Shown in pieces: positions 61,914 to 64,000 of a DNA stretch of 64,000 nt. Numbering within the stretch: position 1 is the stretch's first letter; every line of letters starts with the position of its first letter. Origin of the DNA: Cirrosporium novae-zelandiae (taxonomy: Eukaryota); contig JAPETS010000001.1 in assembly GCA_026023565.1 (NCBI GenBank), forward strand, positions 558,001 to 622,000, read 5' to 3'. The position numbers were made by a program, and so were the translations under genes. Below the pieces are notes generated by a model. That model was not told where the DNA came from and searched no databases. It worked only from the letters and a program-made list of their open reading frames with translations.

Positions 61914-63252
61914 ATGATTCACGACATGGCTTCGAGCGGCACTTTCACCAAGGACGGGCCTCAAATCATACCTGAACCGCTGCCAGATCTTGGGGCTGGT
62001 ACCAAAGGGAAGGCCTTGATACCTCATCCGGCAGGACGAGTGAAATATGGAGCGTTGGTACAATTCATAAGAATGCTCCTATTCACAACGTGGTTTACGG
62101 TAGTTTCCATCAGCATTCAAGCTACTCAGTGGCTTGGATCTTGGCTATACTTCGTTAACAAGGACTATTATTATGCTTACATGTCGTTAACAAAACAATT
62201 CTATGGCTTGTTTATCACCTCCATCACGGAATGGTTTAGTCCAACTCTGATTCGAGTGAGCGGGGACAAGAGTATGAGGGGACAGCTTTTCAAGACAAAG
62301 GATGGCAGACTCAGAACAGACTTTAATGAAAGGCTGATCATGATCGCGAACCATCAGATTTATACGGACTGGCTATATCTGTGGTGGATTGCTTATGCTA
62401 ATAAAATGCATGGTCACATATACATCATTCTTAAAGAATCTCTGAAATGGATTCCCATTCTTGGCTGGGGGATGCAATTTTACAGCTTCATCTTCATGGC
62501 TAGAAAATGGAACCACGACAAACCAAGAATACAGCACCGTTTAGGGAAACTGAAGGCTCAACATTCAGGCCCGATGTCCGGATCCCACTCGCTAGACCCC
62601 ATGTGGCTCCTTATCTTTCCAGAAGGAACAAATCTTTCTCCAAATACTAGAAAGAAAAGTCAGTCATGGGCTGAGAAACAGGGGCTTGCCGATATGAAAC
62701 ATCAACTATTGCCTCGAAGTACTGGCTTACAGTTCTGCTTACAGGAACTCCATGGAACTGTAGACTGGATTTACGATTGCACTATAGCTTATGAAGGCAC
62801 ACCGTGAGTTAAAAATGAGTTCTATCAAATCACTACAGATGCTTACCAACCATAGCCAAGGTGGATTTGCTCAAGATTATTTCACATTACGTTCAACTTA
62901 TTTTCAAGGCCGTCCACCGAAATCAGTCAACATGTATTGGCGTCGTTTCGCAATTGCCGATATTCCTGTGGATGACCATGATGCCTTTGACCTCTGGCTG
63001 AGAGAACGATGGGTAGAAAAGGATGCGCTTCTTGAACATTATGTTCAAAATGGTCGCTTTCCAGCTGATGAGGGTCATGATTCTGATGGCAAGGCTCTGG
63101 GCTCAAAGTCCAAGGTCATCAAGGGCGCAGGTTATATTGAGACCGAGGTAAAGTTATCGCATTGGTCTGAGACGGGTCAAATATTCGTAGTGCTTGGTGC
63201 ACTGGCGTTGCTCATAAATATCGGGACAAAGGTTTATAACTTTTTGATATGA
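61914..63252 (+). CDS. Lysophospholipid acyltransferase (PlsC family, Cst26/Psi1-LCLAT1-like)
   Basis: NHQIYTDW (HX4D), ILKESLKWIP, FMARKW, LIFPEGT, LLPRSTGL; intron 62804-62855. Confidence 0.9.
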
Positions 63253-63824
63253 GATTCCATGGCGGGAAATGGTAGATACTAGGGTTTTAGATCCATACCG
63301 AGGCTTCCAACCTCAGATGTAGAGTTCATGATTGTGATCAGGAAAGAAGTCCGGATTATGAGGTACAGCACGCGGGAAAGTGTTAGCACGGGAGCGCAGG
63401 CAGTCTGGCGCAGATTAGGTGTGATTATGGATATTGCCTGGTCAGGCATTTATTATGCATGTGAATCATGCACGTGATATTTCATTGGAAAGTGAACTTT
63501 TGGTCTGTGTGGCTGGGGTTTTCTATTGTGGCTGGTTTATCGTGGCTTGCTTTCGGAAACGCTAAACCTTTTCCCATCACTATAACTTTTGAGTTGGATC
63601 TTCAATGCTTGTTAACATCCCATTCTACCTGAACCATCACCTCTACTTTTACCCACTCCAAACTTCATCTTTCTTTAATATTCGCTTAATACATGTTGCA
63701 TCGATGGCTCTGAATGAATGACTTTGCCGGCAATTTCATCATTCTCTTGACAAAGAATTGACTTACCTGCCGTCGCCTTTCAGATCATACCTTACCTTGG
63801 AGACCTCGAGCTCCAACCTCCACA

Positions 63825-64000
63825 ATGGCCGCAACACAAAACGGCTATCTCAATGGCAATTCGCAATCCCTTACACCAGAAATCACATCCGAAACTCCGC
63901 GATTCTCCGATATACCCTCTGCGATCGACATTCCCGTTGGTGGCACCGACACCGACGAAGCTGTTGAAATCGATCTCGAACAACTTCAAGATGACCCAAC
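63825..64000 (+). CDS. CTR9: Paf1 complex TPR subunit Ctr9, 5' fragment (runs out of the window)
   Basis: Manual translation MAATQNGYLNG...PRFSDIPSAIDIPVGG...EAVEIDLEQLQDDP matches the fungal Ctr9 N-terminus; absent from the ORF track because it is incomplete. Confidence 0.78.
   Translation, partial: MAATQNGYLNGNSQSLTPEITSETPRFSDIPSAIDIPVGGTDTDEAVEIDLEQLQDDP

Overview
Fungal (filamentous ascomycete, Pezizomycotina-type) nuclear DNA with short GT-AG introns. Two gene-dense arms carry conserved genes. The left arm has an Hsp70-like C-terminus, a GH51 arabinofuranosidase, a cupredoxin/GPI protein, Mis12, Swi6/Cdc10, a LYR protein, Gcn2, a Cut12-like protein, a LaeA-like methyltransferase and Sec12. 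The right arm has Cla4, Pos5, a Cst26-like acyltransferase and the start of Ctr9. Between them lies a ~23 kb accessory island. It holds a complete but RIP-destroyed Ty3/gypsy chromovirus (29482-43466; 151-bp LTRs, AAACT target-site duplication). Nested antisense in its 3' UTR is a full-length RIP-destroyed Tad1-type LINE (36934-43241; 13-bp TSD) that the ORF track does not show. Next to it are a decayed chymotrypsin-fold protease (H/D/GD[C]G) plus ankyrin-repeat locus and a head-to-head pair of orphan ORFs. Three unrelated genes show an abrupt C-rich to G-rich strand switch about 200 bp before their stop codons, each next to a microsatellite-rich intergenic zone. All calls come from manual translation and motif recognition; no searches were run.
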